Positions 13,724-25,960 of a DNA stretch of 64,000 nt are shown here, in pieces. The notes under the pieces were generated by a model. It made no database searches and was not told where the DNA came from. It was given only the letters and a program-made list of their open reading frames with translations. Numbering within the stretch: the stretch's first letter is position 1; every line of letters starts with the position of its first letter. A program made the position numbers and the translations under genes. Source of the stretch: Octopus sinensis (taxonomy: Eukaryota); assembly GCF_006345805.1 (NCBI RefSeq), contig NC_043022.1, forward strand, positions 14,446,001-14,510,000, in the 5' to 3' direction.

Positions 13724-14239
13724 TCTGTCTATCTATCTATCTCTCTATTTGTATGTCTATATCTTTATATGTGTATATGGCGTATGAATATATATATATA
13801 TTTGTAACAACATATATGAATGTATATATATATATTTTTGGAATAGCTTCGTGAATGTATGTTGGTGAAAGAGTGTTTGTTATTTTGAAGGTGAGTTTTT
13901 AATTTAACTCATGGACAATCAGTGTAAAAACCAAACAATCTTACACCACCATACATTCCGGCTATCCCATCCGTTAAAACCAGCTAGCTATTCATCCATC
14001 CGGCCATCGAATTCACCCAAGCGAGTCCCGAAAAACTACCCAAATATGTTTAGCAAAACTTTCCGCCAGCTAACACCGGCCAACCATCCATCCATCCATC
14101 CAAGTTAGAGAGAGCAAGCAACCAGTCAGGCCTAGAAAGCCAACAATCCCAGATTTTGACATCTGTGGTAACATAAGTTAAAACTGTTTTCTATGTAGGT
14201 GGTACGGGTCGGATCGGCAGTGGTGGTGGTGGTGGTAAT

Positions 14240-14525
14240 AGTAGTGGAAGGGTAAGTGAATGTAAGGTGGTATAGATGATGGTGATGGTGGTGGTGGTGG
14301 CGGATAGTGCCGACGAAGGTATTGTGATGATGGTGGTGGTGGTGGTGGTGGAAGGGTAAGTGAATGTAAGGTGGTATAGATGATGGTGGTGGTGGCGGAT
14401 AGTGCCGACGAAGGTGGTGGTGGTGGTAGTGGTGGTGGAAGGGTAAGTGTATGTAAGGTGGTATAGATGACGGTGGTGGTGGTGGTGGCGGATAGTGCCG
14501 ACGAAGGTGGTGGTGGTGGTGGTAA
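14240..14525. repeat. GGT-rich minisatellite, 3 units of ~85-100 bp
   Basis: ggaagggtaagtgaatgtaaggtggtatagatga...ggcggatagtgccgacgaaggt x3. Confidence 0.85.
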
Positions 14526-14650
14526 TTGTGATGTTCAGGGTGATGGTGGTGGCGGTTGTAGTAGTGACGATGACGGATAGCGACGACGAAGGCATATTGT
14601 GATGGTAAAGATATTCTAGACGGGTAAAGTGAACGTAGGGTTGCAAAGAT

Positions 14651-15256
14651 GGCGGCGAGCTGGCAGAACCGTTAGCACGTCGGGCGAAATGCTTAGCGGT
14701 ATTTCGGCTGCCGTTACGTTTCTGAGTTCAAATTCCGCCGAGGTCGACTTTGCCTTTCATCCTTTCGGGGGTCGATAAATTAAGTACCAGTTACGCACTG
14801 GGGTCGATGTAATCGACTTAATACCTATGTCTGTCCTTGTTTGTCCTCTCTGTGTTTAGCCCCTTGTGGGCAGTAAAGAAATAGGAATTTCGTCTGTCTT
14901 TAAGTTCTGGGTTCAAATTCCGCCGAGGTCGACTTTGCCTTTCATCCTTTCGGGGGTCGATAAATTAAGTACCAGTTCCGCACTGGGGTCGAAGTAATCG
15001 ACTTAATACCTATGTCTGTCCTTGTTTGTCCCCTCTGTGTTTAGCCCTTTGTGGGCAGTAAAGAAATAGGAATTTCGTCTGTCTTTAAGTTCTGGGTTCA
15101 AATTCCGCCGAGGTCGACTTTGCCTTTCATCCTTTCGGGGGTCGATAAATTAAGTACCAGTTACGCACCGGGGGTCGATATAATCGATTTAATACCTATG
15201 TCTGTCCATGTTTGTCCCCTCTATGTTTAGCCCCTTGTGGGTAATAAAGAAATAGG
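14651..15256 (+). mobile_element. Family-B SINE: one head plus three tandem ~185-bp bodies
   Basis: Head ggcggcgagctggcagaaccgttagc; bodies restart at atttcg 14701, 14887, 15072, each ending aaagaaatagg. Confidence 0.9.
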
Positions 15257-15984
15257 TAATGGTGCTGGTGGCGGCGGCGGCGGACAGTGGCGATGAATGT
15301 GATGGTGGCGGTGGTGGCGGTGAAGGCAATGGTGTTTGTAGTGGCGGTGGTGGTGTTGGCGGCGGCGGAGGCAACTGTGGTGTCGATGGCAGTGGTGTGT
15401 CAGTGCATCACGCTTTTACCCTCCTCTCACTCACTATTCAATGACACTTCTACTATTCCTCCTGCTGGGGTGAAAGTAATAGTAGGCATAGAGACTGTGA
15501 GGGGCGGTAGTAGATTGATGGTTGTGATGGTATTGGGGTGATAGTAATAGTAGTTGTGATAGAGATGGAGGCAACGGTGATAGTAAGTGATGTGAAAGAC
15601 AGTGGTGATGGGGGAGGCAGCAAAGTCAAAGGTATTGAAGGTGGTGGCGTCAGAAGTCTGAATGGTGTGTATATGGCAGTTGTGGTGGCGATGGTGGTGG
15701 TACTGGCGATGGTGATGGTTGAAAACAATCAACAGAAAAAGAGAAAAAAAAGGGGTTAGACAGAACAAAAAATTGTACTGACCCCCAAATGGAAAGACAA
15801 TAAATGTTGTTTATCATAAAGCTTTGAAATAAGTTCCATGTTGACACATTATATCATTGTTTTGACGAAAGTTGTCCATTGCTTGAAAAATATTGGTCAA
15901 GTTTAATAAAATCTAATATGTACTCAATGCATGAAGTGTCATTGTTGGGCCCAAGGCCCAATGAAGAGCCCTCCACAGGATAGG

Positions 15985-16330
15985 GTTCATCTCGTTCCGG
16001 TCTAACGACCCTCCATGTTTGTTTTCGTTCGGTTTCCTTGTATGTCTCCCACTGTCTTGTTTTTGTTTCTAACTTTGACCCTCCATAAATCCTAAATTTG
16101 ATTTCAGAATTTATGGGAGCGACTGTCTTCGAAGACTCATATTGTCGTTGAATGCTCGAAATGAGGAGTAAATAGAGAGTCGACAACTGATGAAGGGTCC
16201 TTTCTCTCTTTACTTGTCCTGTTTCCCATTTTTTTCCCTCGTTGTTTATGTACTTAACTCATTTGTTTACGTATTTCATGTTGTTTGCACTGTCAGTGAT
16301 GTCCTGTAGTCCTGTACCCATACATGCATG
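15985..16330 (+). mobile_element. Penelope-like terminal-repeat fragment with hammerhead-like core motifs
   Basis: CGAAA and CTGATGA motifs, T-rich 3' part ending at (TA)n; same architecture as 16840-17230. Confidence 0.45.
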
Positions 16331-17260
16331 AATATATATATATATCTATATATTATTTACTATATATATATATATATCTTATATATTATTTACTATATAT
16401 ATATATATCTTATATATTATTACTATATATATATATAATATATATATATATATATTTACTATATATATATATATATTATTTATATATATATATATATATA
16501 TATGAATAAATGAAATTTTCCATGCTGACGATAAACATAGGATAATTCATTCACCTACTTAAATATATATATATATATGTATAAAAAATATATATAAAAT
16601 GGGACAAGAACATAAAACACTCAAAGAGACGACACAAAAACGGACGGGTCATTCGAAGCCTCTAATCTTCAGTCAAGAACCAGATCATCCTCGCAATTTC
16701 GGCTCTTTGAGTGTTTTACGGTCTTGTCCCATTTTATATATATTTTTTATACATATATTATTGCGGCGTAACGTACATCTTGTTCTCTTATGTATGTATA
16801 TATATATTATATATTCGTTCGGCGTTAACAGCCCTCCTTATCTTGTTTTTCCTTGTCCTGTCTTTTACTGTTTATAATTTGTACTGTCGTTATTGTCCTG
16901 TTTTTGTTACCATTTTTTACCCCTCTGCGAAAAGATCTCAGAATTTTAATTGATTTGCTTTTCGCAGGAAGGAAAGTTTCTTGTCGAAGATACGTCTCGC
17001 TTTCACCTTCGAAACGTAGAGTAGATGAAACCATAGCGACTGAAGAAGGGGTTTTTTCTTTGTGTTAATTGTCCTGTAATCTATTTTTTTTGTTGTTTAA
17101 AAAAATGTCCAGTTCCTTTGGTTTGTGTCTATGTTTTCGTTTCTCATTGTGTTCGACGTCCTTTTGGTGTCCTGTACTCATATATGCGTGTATATATACA
17201 TGTAGAGGTAGGTACGTACATATATGTTTATATATATGCATACGTTTAATTTATTTATTA

Positions 17261-17293
<33 letters not shown>

Positions 17294-17294
<1 letters not shown>

Positions 17295-17397
17295 GCAAAA
17301 TCAAGGAACGGCCATAATAGGCCATTCACCCACTAGAAATAACAGCCAAAGCTTCTAGTGGGTGAATGGCCTATTATGGCAGTTCCTTGATTTTGCT
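17294..17397. repeat. 45-bp inverted repeat with 14-nt loop
   Basis: 17294-17338 is the reverse complement of 17353-17397 with one mismatch. Confidence 0.95.
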
Positions 17398-17492
17398 GTT
17401 GAATTTATAAATGGTCTATGACTATTTAATTTTTTCCCACTAGGCCTCTGGTGGCAAAAAATTCTACGAAATTTTTTGCCACCCTATATTGA

Positions 17493-17562
<70 letters not shown>

Positions 17563-18098
17563 TAGAAAAAAGACCCACCTTTTATCAATTCAATAATGAA
17601 AAATTAAATTATACCATTTAGAAAAATTACATATTAAAGAAAATAAGTTTTAAAATATATTCCTTTCTAGATGGTATAGGAATATCCTTCAAAGGTGAAT
17701 TCCCCAAAAGTGGTTCTATTTTTACCTGTAAGTTCCACACACACACACACACACACCACACACACACACACACACCTATGTTTGTGTGTGTGTATATATA
17801 TATATATATATACCCCGTGTATGTGTGCATATAGATTTATATATAAGTATGACTGTATTTGTCCTACACTACTGCTTGACAACCAGTGATGGTTTGTTTA
17901 CGTTCCTATAATATCGGTTCGGCAATAGAAGCCGATGGTACCAGAATACCCCCCCCCCAAAAAAAAAAAACAATCAAGTAAAAAAAAAACAATCCAACAA
18001 AAAAATGAACAAGCACTGTTTCGATTTCGACTGAATCTCTGGTGCCCCAGTATGACCGCAAATCAACGAACGAAACAAAAGATAATATATATTATATT

Positions 18099-18495
18099 CA
18101 GGAGTGGCTGTGTGGTAAGTAGCTTGTTACCAACCACATGGTTCCGGGTTCAGTCCCACTGCGTGGCATCTTGGGCAAGTGTCTTCTGCTATAGCCCCGG
18201 GCCGACCAATGCCTTGTGAGTGGATTTGGTAGACGGAAACTGAAAGAAGCCCGTCGTATATATGTATATATATATATGTGTGTGTATGTGTTTCTGTGTC
18301 TGTGTTTGTCCCCTTAGCATTACTTGACAACCGATGCTGGTGTGTTTACGTGCCCGTCACATAGCGGTTCGGCAAAAAGAGACCGATAGAATAAGTACTG
18401 GGCTTACAAAGAATAAGTCCTGGGGTCGATTTGCTCGACTAAAAGGCGGTGCTCCAGCATGGCCGCAGTCAAATGACTGAAACAAGTAAAAGAGT
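18099..18495 (+). mobile_element. Family-A SINE, near full length
   Basis: Consensus match from caggagtggctg to aagtaaaagag. Confidence 0.9.
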
Positions 18496-19300
18496 ATATA
18501 ATATACCCCGTGTATGTGTGCATATAGATTTATATATAAGTATGACTGTGTTTGTCCTACACTACTGCTTGACAACCAGTGATGGTTTGTTTACGTTCCC
18601 ATAATATCGATTCGGCAAAAGAGGCCGATAGAATAAGTACTAGGCTTACAAAGAATAAGTCCTGGGGTCGATTCGCTCGACTAAAAGGCGGTGCTCCAGC
18701 ATGGCCGCAGTCAAAATGACTGAAACAAGTAAAAGAGTAAAGAGTAATAGATCTCTCTATATTTATATAGATAGATTGAGACAGATTAGACACATATACA
18801 CATATACACCAACTCTCTCTCTCTCTCTCTGTCCTCTTACAGTTCGTTCCTAATCTCTTCAGTTCAACTGACAAATCATATTTTGCTGTCCCCTAAATAA
18901 ACCCTTCCCTATCCCCTTCTGCTTCCATTTTACTTCCTCGTCTCAATCCTTCACCCCCGTCGTCCGTTTCCCTTTATTGCATCCATCATTATTTTCTTTT
19001 CCCTCCCATTTTACTTTTAAACTTCTCTCGTTGTCCTTTTTTCCTTCCTCGTTTATTTTTCGATCTTGTTTTCCCATTTCCTATTTGTGTTTGTAATTTT
19101 TTTTTGTTTAGGTTTATATTTACAACCATGCTGTCGTCACTCCTCACCCGTTTTCCTCCACGTCCTGACTTCGTACCCGTCTCAACCTCTACCCGATTCT
19201 CACATTCCAGTCCCACCACCACCACCACCACCGCCAAGTCAAATGTCTAACTCTTTCACTTTTCCCTTCTGCTCTCAATTTATCTAATTCAATCCGCCTC

Positions 19301-19612
19301 CTACTCTCTCTTTGTCTCTTACTCTCTTGTACATTATTCTTTCACTTTCTTTTATCCTTTTACTCTATCTATTTAAATCCACCCCCTCTGTCTGTCTTAA
19401 CTATCTACTCTCTCTTTGTCTCTTACTCTCTTGTACATTATTCTTTCACTTTCTTTTATCCTTTTACTCTATCTAGTTAAATCCACCCCCTCTATCTGTC
19501 TTAACTATCTACTCTCTCTTTCTCTTACTCTCTTGTACATTATTCTTTCACTTTCTTTTATCCTTTTACTCTATCTAGTTAAATCCACCTCCCCTGTCTG
19601 TCTTAACTATCT
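19301..19612. repeat. Pyrimidine-rich 104-bp tandem repeat x3
   Basis: ctactctctcttt...gtcttaactat starts at 19301, 19405, 19509. Confidence 0.9.
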
Positions 19613-20244
19613 CTCTCTCTGTCTCCTACTCTCACTGTCTCTTACTCTTTCCTTGTCCTTTATACTTTCAATCAATCTAGTTTTAGTCCACTTCCCCCTC
19701 TCTCTGTGTCCTATACTCCCTCTATCTTACACTTTCTCTCTACCTCTTGTAATTTACTCTTTCTCTTGTACTCTCACTATATAATTCACCTTTCTCTCTA
19801 CTCTCTTGTACTTTTACCGTCATGTACTTCATTATTTATTTATCTTTTATTTATACATATTCATTTTAATCTGAAATGTCTATTGATGGCGATCTATCGT
19901 ACTCTTGTGTTGTCGGTTTTAATTTACTCGTGTACACACGTACACACTCTGAGATACACAAAGTGATACGTGTGTCAACTATATATACATCCACATATAT
20001 ATACACGTATCTTTCGTTTCAGTTATTGAACTGAGGCCACGCTGGAGCAGGAGCAGCGCAAAGAAGGGTTTACTCGAACAACACGCCTCCAGAAACCTAT
20101 TTCCAAGTTTGGTGCTAAATCTATCCGTTAATTCTGCCGAACCGCTATGTTACGGGGACGCAAAACAAACCAACACTGGCTGGCCAGCGGTGAAGACGGC
20201 GGTGGTGGAGCAAACTTAGACACGCACACACACACACACACACA

Positions 20245-20485
20245 GGCGCAGGAGTGGCTGTGTGGTAAGTAGCTTGTTTACCAACCACATGGTTGCGGGT
20301 TCAGTCCCACTGCGTGGCATCTTGGGCAAATGTCTTCTACTATAGCCTCGGGCCGACCAAAGCCATGTGAGTGGATTTGGTAGACGGAAACTGAAAGAAG
20401 CCCGTCGTATATATGTATATATATATATATATCATCATCATCATCATCGTCGTTTAACGTCCGTTCTCCATGCTAGCATGGGTTG

Positions 20486-20559
<74 letters not shown>

Positions 20560-20770
20560 TTGTGTGTCTGTGTTTGTCCCCCTAGCATTGCTTGACAACC
20601 GATGCTGGTGTGTTTACGTCCCCGTTACTTAGCGGTTCGGCAAAAGAGACCGATAGAATAAGTACTGGGCTTACAAAAGAATAAGTCCCGGGGTCGAGTT
20701 GCTCGATTAAAGGCGGTGCTCCAGCATGGCCGCAGTCAAATGACTGAAACAAGTAAAGGAGTAAAGAGAG
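20245..20770 (+). mobile_element. Family-A SINE with a family-D 3' tail fragment inserted in its central microsatellite
   Basis: catcatcgtcgtttaacgtccgttctccatgctagcatgggttggac (~20433-20488) sits between two (TA)n runs inside the SINE. Confidence 0.88.
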
Positions 20771-21141
20771 TACACACACACACACACACACACATGACAT
20801 ACTTCCACACAGTTTTTGTCTTCCAAATTCACTCACAAGACATCGTTCGACCCCGAGCAATCGTAGAAGACATTTACCCATTTGCACCTTGGGTAAATGT
20901 CTTCTGCTATTATTTTGAACCTGAAACCAGGTGGTTGCAAAGCCAGCTTTTGGGCCATTCCTGTGTCTATGAAAATACTTAATTGGCATAAGCCACAAAG
21001 TGACTCAAATGCTGAGAGTTTCGTGTATGGCACTTTTTACTTTCTTAAATACCATACGGTCGAATGAAAATAATAGCAACAATATATTGATTGATTCTAG
21101 TTTCAGCTCACGAGCTGTGGCCATGCTGGGGCACCGCCATT

Positions 21142-21151
21142 AAAACAAAAA
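21142..21151 (-). terminator. RNA polymerase III terminator of tRNA-Glu
   Basis: TTTTTGTTTT on the minus strand 7 nt downstream of the tRNA 3' end. Confidence 0.8.
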
Positions 21152-21157
21152 GTAGCT

Positions 21158-21229
21158 TTCCCAAGCGGGGAATCGAACCCCGGCCGCCGCGGTGAGAGCG
21201 CGGAATCCTAACCACTAGACCACTTGGGA
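21158..21229 (-). tRNA. tRNA-Glu, anticodon CTC
   Basis: Minus strand TCCCAAGTGGTCTAGTGGTTAGGATTCCGCGCTCTCACCGCGGCGGCCGGGGTTCGATTCCCCGCTTGGGAA (72 nt): 7-bp acceptor stem TCCCAAG/CTTGGGA, anticodon stem CCGCG/CGCGG around CT-CTC-AC, T arm CGGGG-TTCGATT-CCCCG, intact A and B boxes. Confidence 0.97.
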
Positions 21230-21274
21230 ACTACATATATATATATATATATATATTATTTATATATATATTTA

Positions 21275-22185
21275 CAGGGTCGGCCAAACGTCACCCGACA
21301 GTAAATGAAAAAATTCCATAAATAGGAGGAATTTCAACCGTGTTTCGTGGTCTGCTACCACAACAGCTCCTTTATAGAATCCAGTTAACTCAAGACATCA
21401 TCAGGAGGAACCACGTCCGGTTTCGGCCCCTACCGTTTTGACGTGGCGGCCCGCTCCCCTTCGGAGGTGTCTTCAGCTCTGGTGTTGGGTGCATGTCTTC
21501 TTTGTTCTTCTTTCTTCTGTTCCCTGGCCTCTTCGAGGCCAAACGTCACCCGACAGTAAATGAAAAGTTCCATAAATACTTAATATTCAATTGTATTTAT
21601 TCATTCCAATTATAAATGTTTAATAATTGAATGCTGTCAGTTCAAGCATTTGTCTTGTGAAGAAAGGCTGAAGACGCTTGACCTTTATTCTCTAGAAAAA
21701 CGACGATGCCGTGGTGATCTCATTCTTGCTCACAACATCATGAGCGGAAAGTATAACCTCTCGAAAGAGCTGTTCTTCACCTCTGCTCCAGAGCGTCGGC
21801 TGCGGGGTCACTCCGAAAAGCTCTATCTGCGACGATTTCATTTCAATCGAAGGAGAGGGTCCTTCTCCGTCCGGGTTGCAGATCCGTGGAATAAGCTGCC
21901 GGACGAGATGGTGAAGATGCCGACGACCGCTCGGTTCAAAGTCTCTCTTGACCACAAATGGCCTGAACTCTTTGCATGAACACCCTCCCTGTACATAACT
22001 CCATGTCCCCCTACATGGCCTTGCTTTTTGCTTTTTGAGCCAAAAAAGTAACTTAACTTAACTTAAAATCACCGTTTTCTTTCAACATTTGTCTATTAGC
22101 GAAGTCTGATATAAAATATTTTCTTGTTTTAATCTTGAAATTAAATGGTTTTGATTAACTTTCAAGTGACTTTTAGCAAACCCTA
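21275..22185. mobile_element. Tc1/mariner-type MITE carrying two nested insertions
   Basis: TA-flanked imperfect TIRs TA|CAGGGTCGGCCAAACGTCAC and GTGACTTTTAGCAAACCCTA|TA. Confidence 0.65.
21640..22064 (+). mobile_element. 5'-truncated CR1-clade LINE (ORF2 C-terminus, 3' UTR and tail)
   Basis: Translation EERLKTLDLYSLEKRRCRGDLI...LRGHSEKL...FSVRVADPWNKLP is the typical CR1 ORF2 end; (TAACT)n tail; second copy at 58761. Confidence 0.9.
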
Positions 22186-22244
22186 TATATATATTTATGT
22201 ATGTATGTATGTATGTATGTATGTATGTATGTATGTATGTATAT

Positions 22245-22450
22245 GACCGCGTGTGTATCGTTGGCGATTTTTTCCCTCCGTCTTCTCTTCCTTGGATCTT
22301 TTCTTTTCCTATGTTTCTGACGAAGAGCTCTGCTCGAAACGTTAAATCCTCCTTCTTTCTTTCCTTTCCTGAGCGTCCAATAACACTAAACTTGTTCCAC
22401 GTCTTCACATTGTTGTGTTTTCTCTTTGTGTTTTCATATTTGGATCAACT
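22245..22450 (+). mobile_element. Penelope-like terminal-repeat fragment containing a minimal hammerhead ribozyme motif
   Basis: CTGACGA-A-GAGC-tct-GCTC-GAAA-C-GTT at 22317-22343; homologous inverted copy at 37912-38063. Confidence 0.65.
22313..22347 (+). ncRNA. Minimal type I hammerhead ribozyme motif (GUU site)
   Basis: Core CUGANGA and GAAA boxes, 4-bp stem II, short stem I (GUUU/AAAU), palindromic loop-less stem III (ACGU). Confidence 0.6.
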
Positions 22451-22542
22451 ACACACACACACACACAAACACACACTTTATTAATAAAGATGCAAAGACA
22501 TCACAAAAACTTACTCAGAGTTTCACGTCTTGGTTGAGAATA

Positions 22543-22940
22543 GGCGCAGGCGTGGTTGCGTGGTAAGAAGCTTGCTTCCCAACTGCACAGTTCCGAGTTC
22601 AGTCCCACTTCGTGGCACTTTGGGCAAGTGTCTTCTACTATAGCCTCGGGCTATAGTAGTGTGGATTAGGTAGACGGGAACTGAAAGAAGCCCGTCGTAT
22701 ATATCTATGCATATATTTATGTGTGTCTGTGTTTGTCCTCACCGCCATCGCTTGGCAACTGATTCTGGTGTGTTAATGTACCCGTAACCTAGCTAGCGGT
22801 TCGGTAAAAGTGACCGATAGCATGTGTACTTGGCTTACAAAGAATAAGTCCTGAGGACGATTTCTTCGACTAATATCCTTTAAGGCGGTGCTCCAGCATA
22901 GCCACAGTCAAATGATTGAAACAAGTGAAGGAGTAAAGGA
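22543..22940 (+). mobile_element. Family-A SINE, full length, more diverged
   Basis: Consensus match. Confidence 0.88.
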
Positions 22941-22951
22941 ATATATATATA

Positions 22952-23122
22952 AGAATTTTTTGCGTAATGAGATAAAAAAGACCAAGGCTGTATAGATATT
23001 AGGGCATTTATAGATAGAAGGTCTTAGAGCTGTTTCTAGAAACAGCCGTAAGACCTTCTATCTATAAATGCTCTAATATCTATACAACCTTGGCTTTTTT
23101 ATATCATTATGCAAAAAATTCT
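22952..23122. repeat. ~85-bp-arm spacerless imperfect palindrome
   Basis: Centre gctgtttct|agaaacagc at 23037/23038; arms match out to agaattttttgc / gcaaaaaattct. Confidence 0.92.
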
Positions 23123-23252
23123 ATTCTGTCTATTGCTATAGACAGACAACAGTTAAGTCCCAGATTCGGTAATATTGCGAATAAAGGGTTCAACGTTGGT
23201 TCTATGTCAGCATGCATATATAAGAATTTTATATATATATATTTATATATAT

Positions 23253-23710
<458 letters not shown>

Positions 23711-24019
23711 CATATATATTTATTTATGTATGTATGTATGTATGTAGACATACATATACACAAACATACAATACACATACAAAAATGTATATACGCACAC
23801 ATAAGCATTTACATAAACAGACCACACACATGCACTTTATCCGACGAACAATTATGGATTAAATATTTTTTATTCACAGTCAGACTGATCTTTAAGTACT
23901 TTATTCTAACTGGCTGGACATGGCTTCATTTTGAGGTTGTCACCCTCTGGAATATCTACAAAGGGTCGTGTTACATTTTTTAAAGATAATCTGGTGAAAA
24001 TTTGAATGGCTGGAAGAAC

Positions 24020-24023
24020 AAGA

Positions 24024-24060
<37 letters not shown>

Positions 24061-24279
24061 CTAGCTGTCTATCTATCTATCTGTGTCTATCTATCTATCT
24101 ATCTAGCTAGCTGTCTATCTGTGTCTATTTATCTATCTGTGTCTATCCATCTATCTATCTAGCTAGCTGTCTATCTGTGTCTATCTATCTATCTGTCTGT
24201 CTATATAGTGTCCCGTTCTCTTTGTCTCTCTATCAGTCTCATTAATGATGACCTGTCTCTGTCTGTGTATCTGTCTGTG

Positions 24280-24347
<68 letters not shown>

Positions 24348-24716
24348 ATCTATCTAATCTATCTATAGGTCTGTCTATCTGTCTCTCTATCTGTTTGTTT
24401 GTTTATGCAATGTCCCGTTCCAGTTTATTTCTCTATCAGTCCTATGTATCTTTCCCTCTATCTCCTTCCTTCGACTCTCGTCTAACTTCATTTTCCTACT
24501 CCCGCTCCCCAGTCTTCGACGAATCCTTTCTAATTTACTCTCAGTCCCTTACTGCCTTCGTCTCTATAACTTGTCCTATATTTTCTATCTCTCTCTCTAT
24601 CAGCATTTTTCATATTTCACTGTCTCGCCCCTCTATCTTAATCCCATCTCTCATTTTCCCAGATTTCATCCACTTAATCTTATAAATAAACCTTCATATA
24701 CTTCTATAACAGTTCA

Positions 24717-24800
<84 letters not shown>

Positions 24801-24927
24801 GTTTGTCTATCAGTCTGTCTGAAGTCTGGTTGTCCGCATGCCTGTCTATCTGTAGGTCTATCTATCTATTATCTCTGTTTATCTAACTGTCTGTCTCTGT
24901 AGATCTAGCTGTCCGCCTGTCTATCTA

Positions 24928-24972
<45 letters not shown>

Positions 24973-24977
24973 ATCTT

Positions 24978-25032
<55 letters not shown>

Positions 25033-25648
25033 GTCTCTCTATCTATCTATCTATCTATCTGTCTGTCTGTGTCTCTCTGTCTATCTGTATTAAACTGAAA
25101 GATTACTCAATAATTTTTGTCGTATACATATATTATTTTTCGTTAACAAGAATAATATTGACAGTGACTTTGAAGTTTGTCTGCTTAGCTTTCATCTATC
25201 TTTATTGTATATCACTTTTCTGTCCTTCCTTGTCTTTATCTATTTCATATCTTCAGTCGCTGTGTCTAGCCTCCCCTCTTCAGCATTTTCTCTGTTTCTC
25301 AACGTTTAGTTCACATTTTCTTTTCTCATATCCCCCCAACCAATATCTTCGTATATAACTATTCTTTTTCAGTTGCTATCTATTTTTCATTATATGTCGC
25401 TATCTTTCATCACATCTCTCTCTGGTTCTTTTCCGTCAAATTTACCTTTCCTTTTTTCTTTCTACCCATACTTAATAAACTCGTTGTATGCATGCAAAAC
25501 ACCCACATCTATCTATCTATCCATCCATCTATCAGTAGGTCTATCTGTCTATTATCTCTCTAACTGTCCGCCTGTCTGTGTCTATCTATCTGTTTGTCTA
25601 TCAGTCTGTCTGAAGGTCTTGTTGTCCGCCTGTCTATCTATCTGTACG

Positions 25649-25738
<90 letters not shown>

Positions 25739-25774
25739 CGTCTGTCTCTGTAGATCTAGCTGTCCGCCTGTCTA

Positions 25775-25805
<31 letters not shown>

Positions 25806-25809
25806 CTAT

Positions 25810-25848
<39 letters not shown>

Positions 25849-25960
25849 GTCTGTGACTGCCTGTCTGTCCGTCTGGTTGTCTGTCCGCCCGTCTGTGTAT
25901 GTATGTGTGCATTTGTGTATATATATATATATATGTTATGCATGTATGTATCTATCTAGG
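24020..25960. repeat. Extended (TATC)n/(TGTC)n microsatellite region with internal partial duplications
   Basis: Direct reading; e.g. ctgtctctgtagatctagctgtccgcctg at ~24891 and ~25742. Confidence 0.9.

Noticed and set aside
21650-21979. 109-aa ORF as a host gene
   Set aside because: C-terminal fragment of CR1 ORF2, 5'-truncated, with a second decayed copy at 58761
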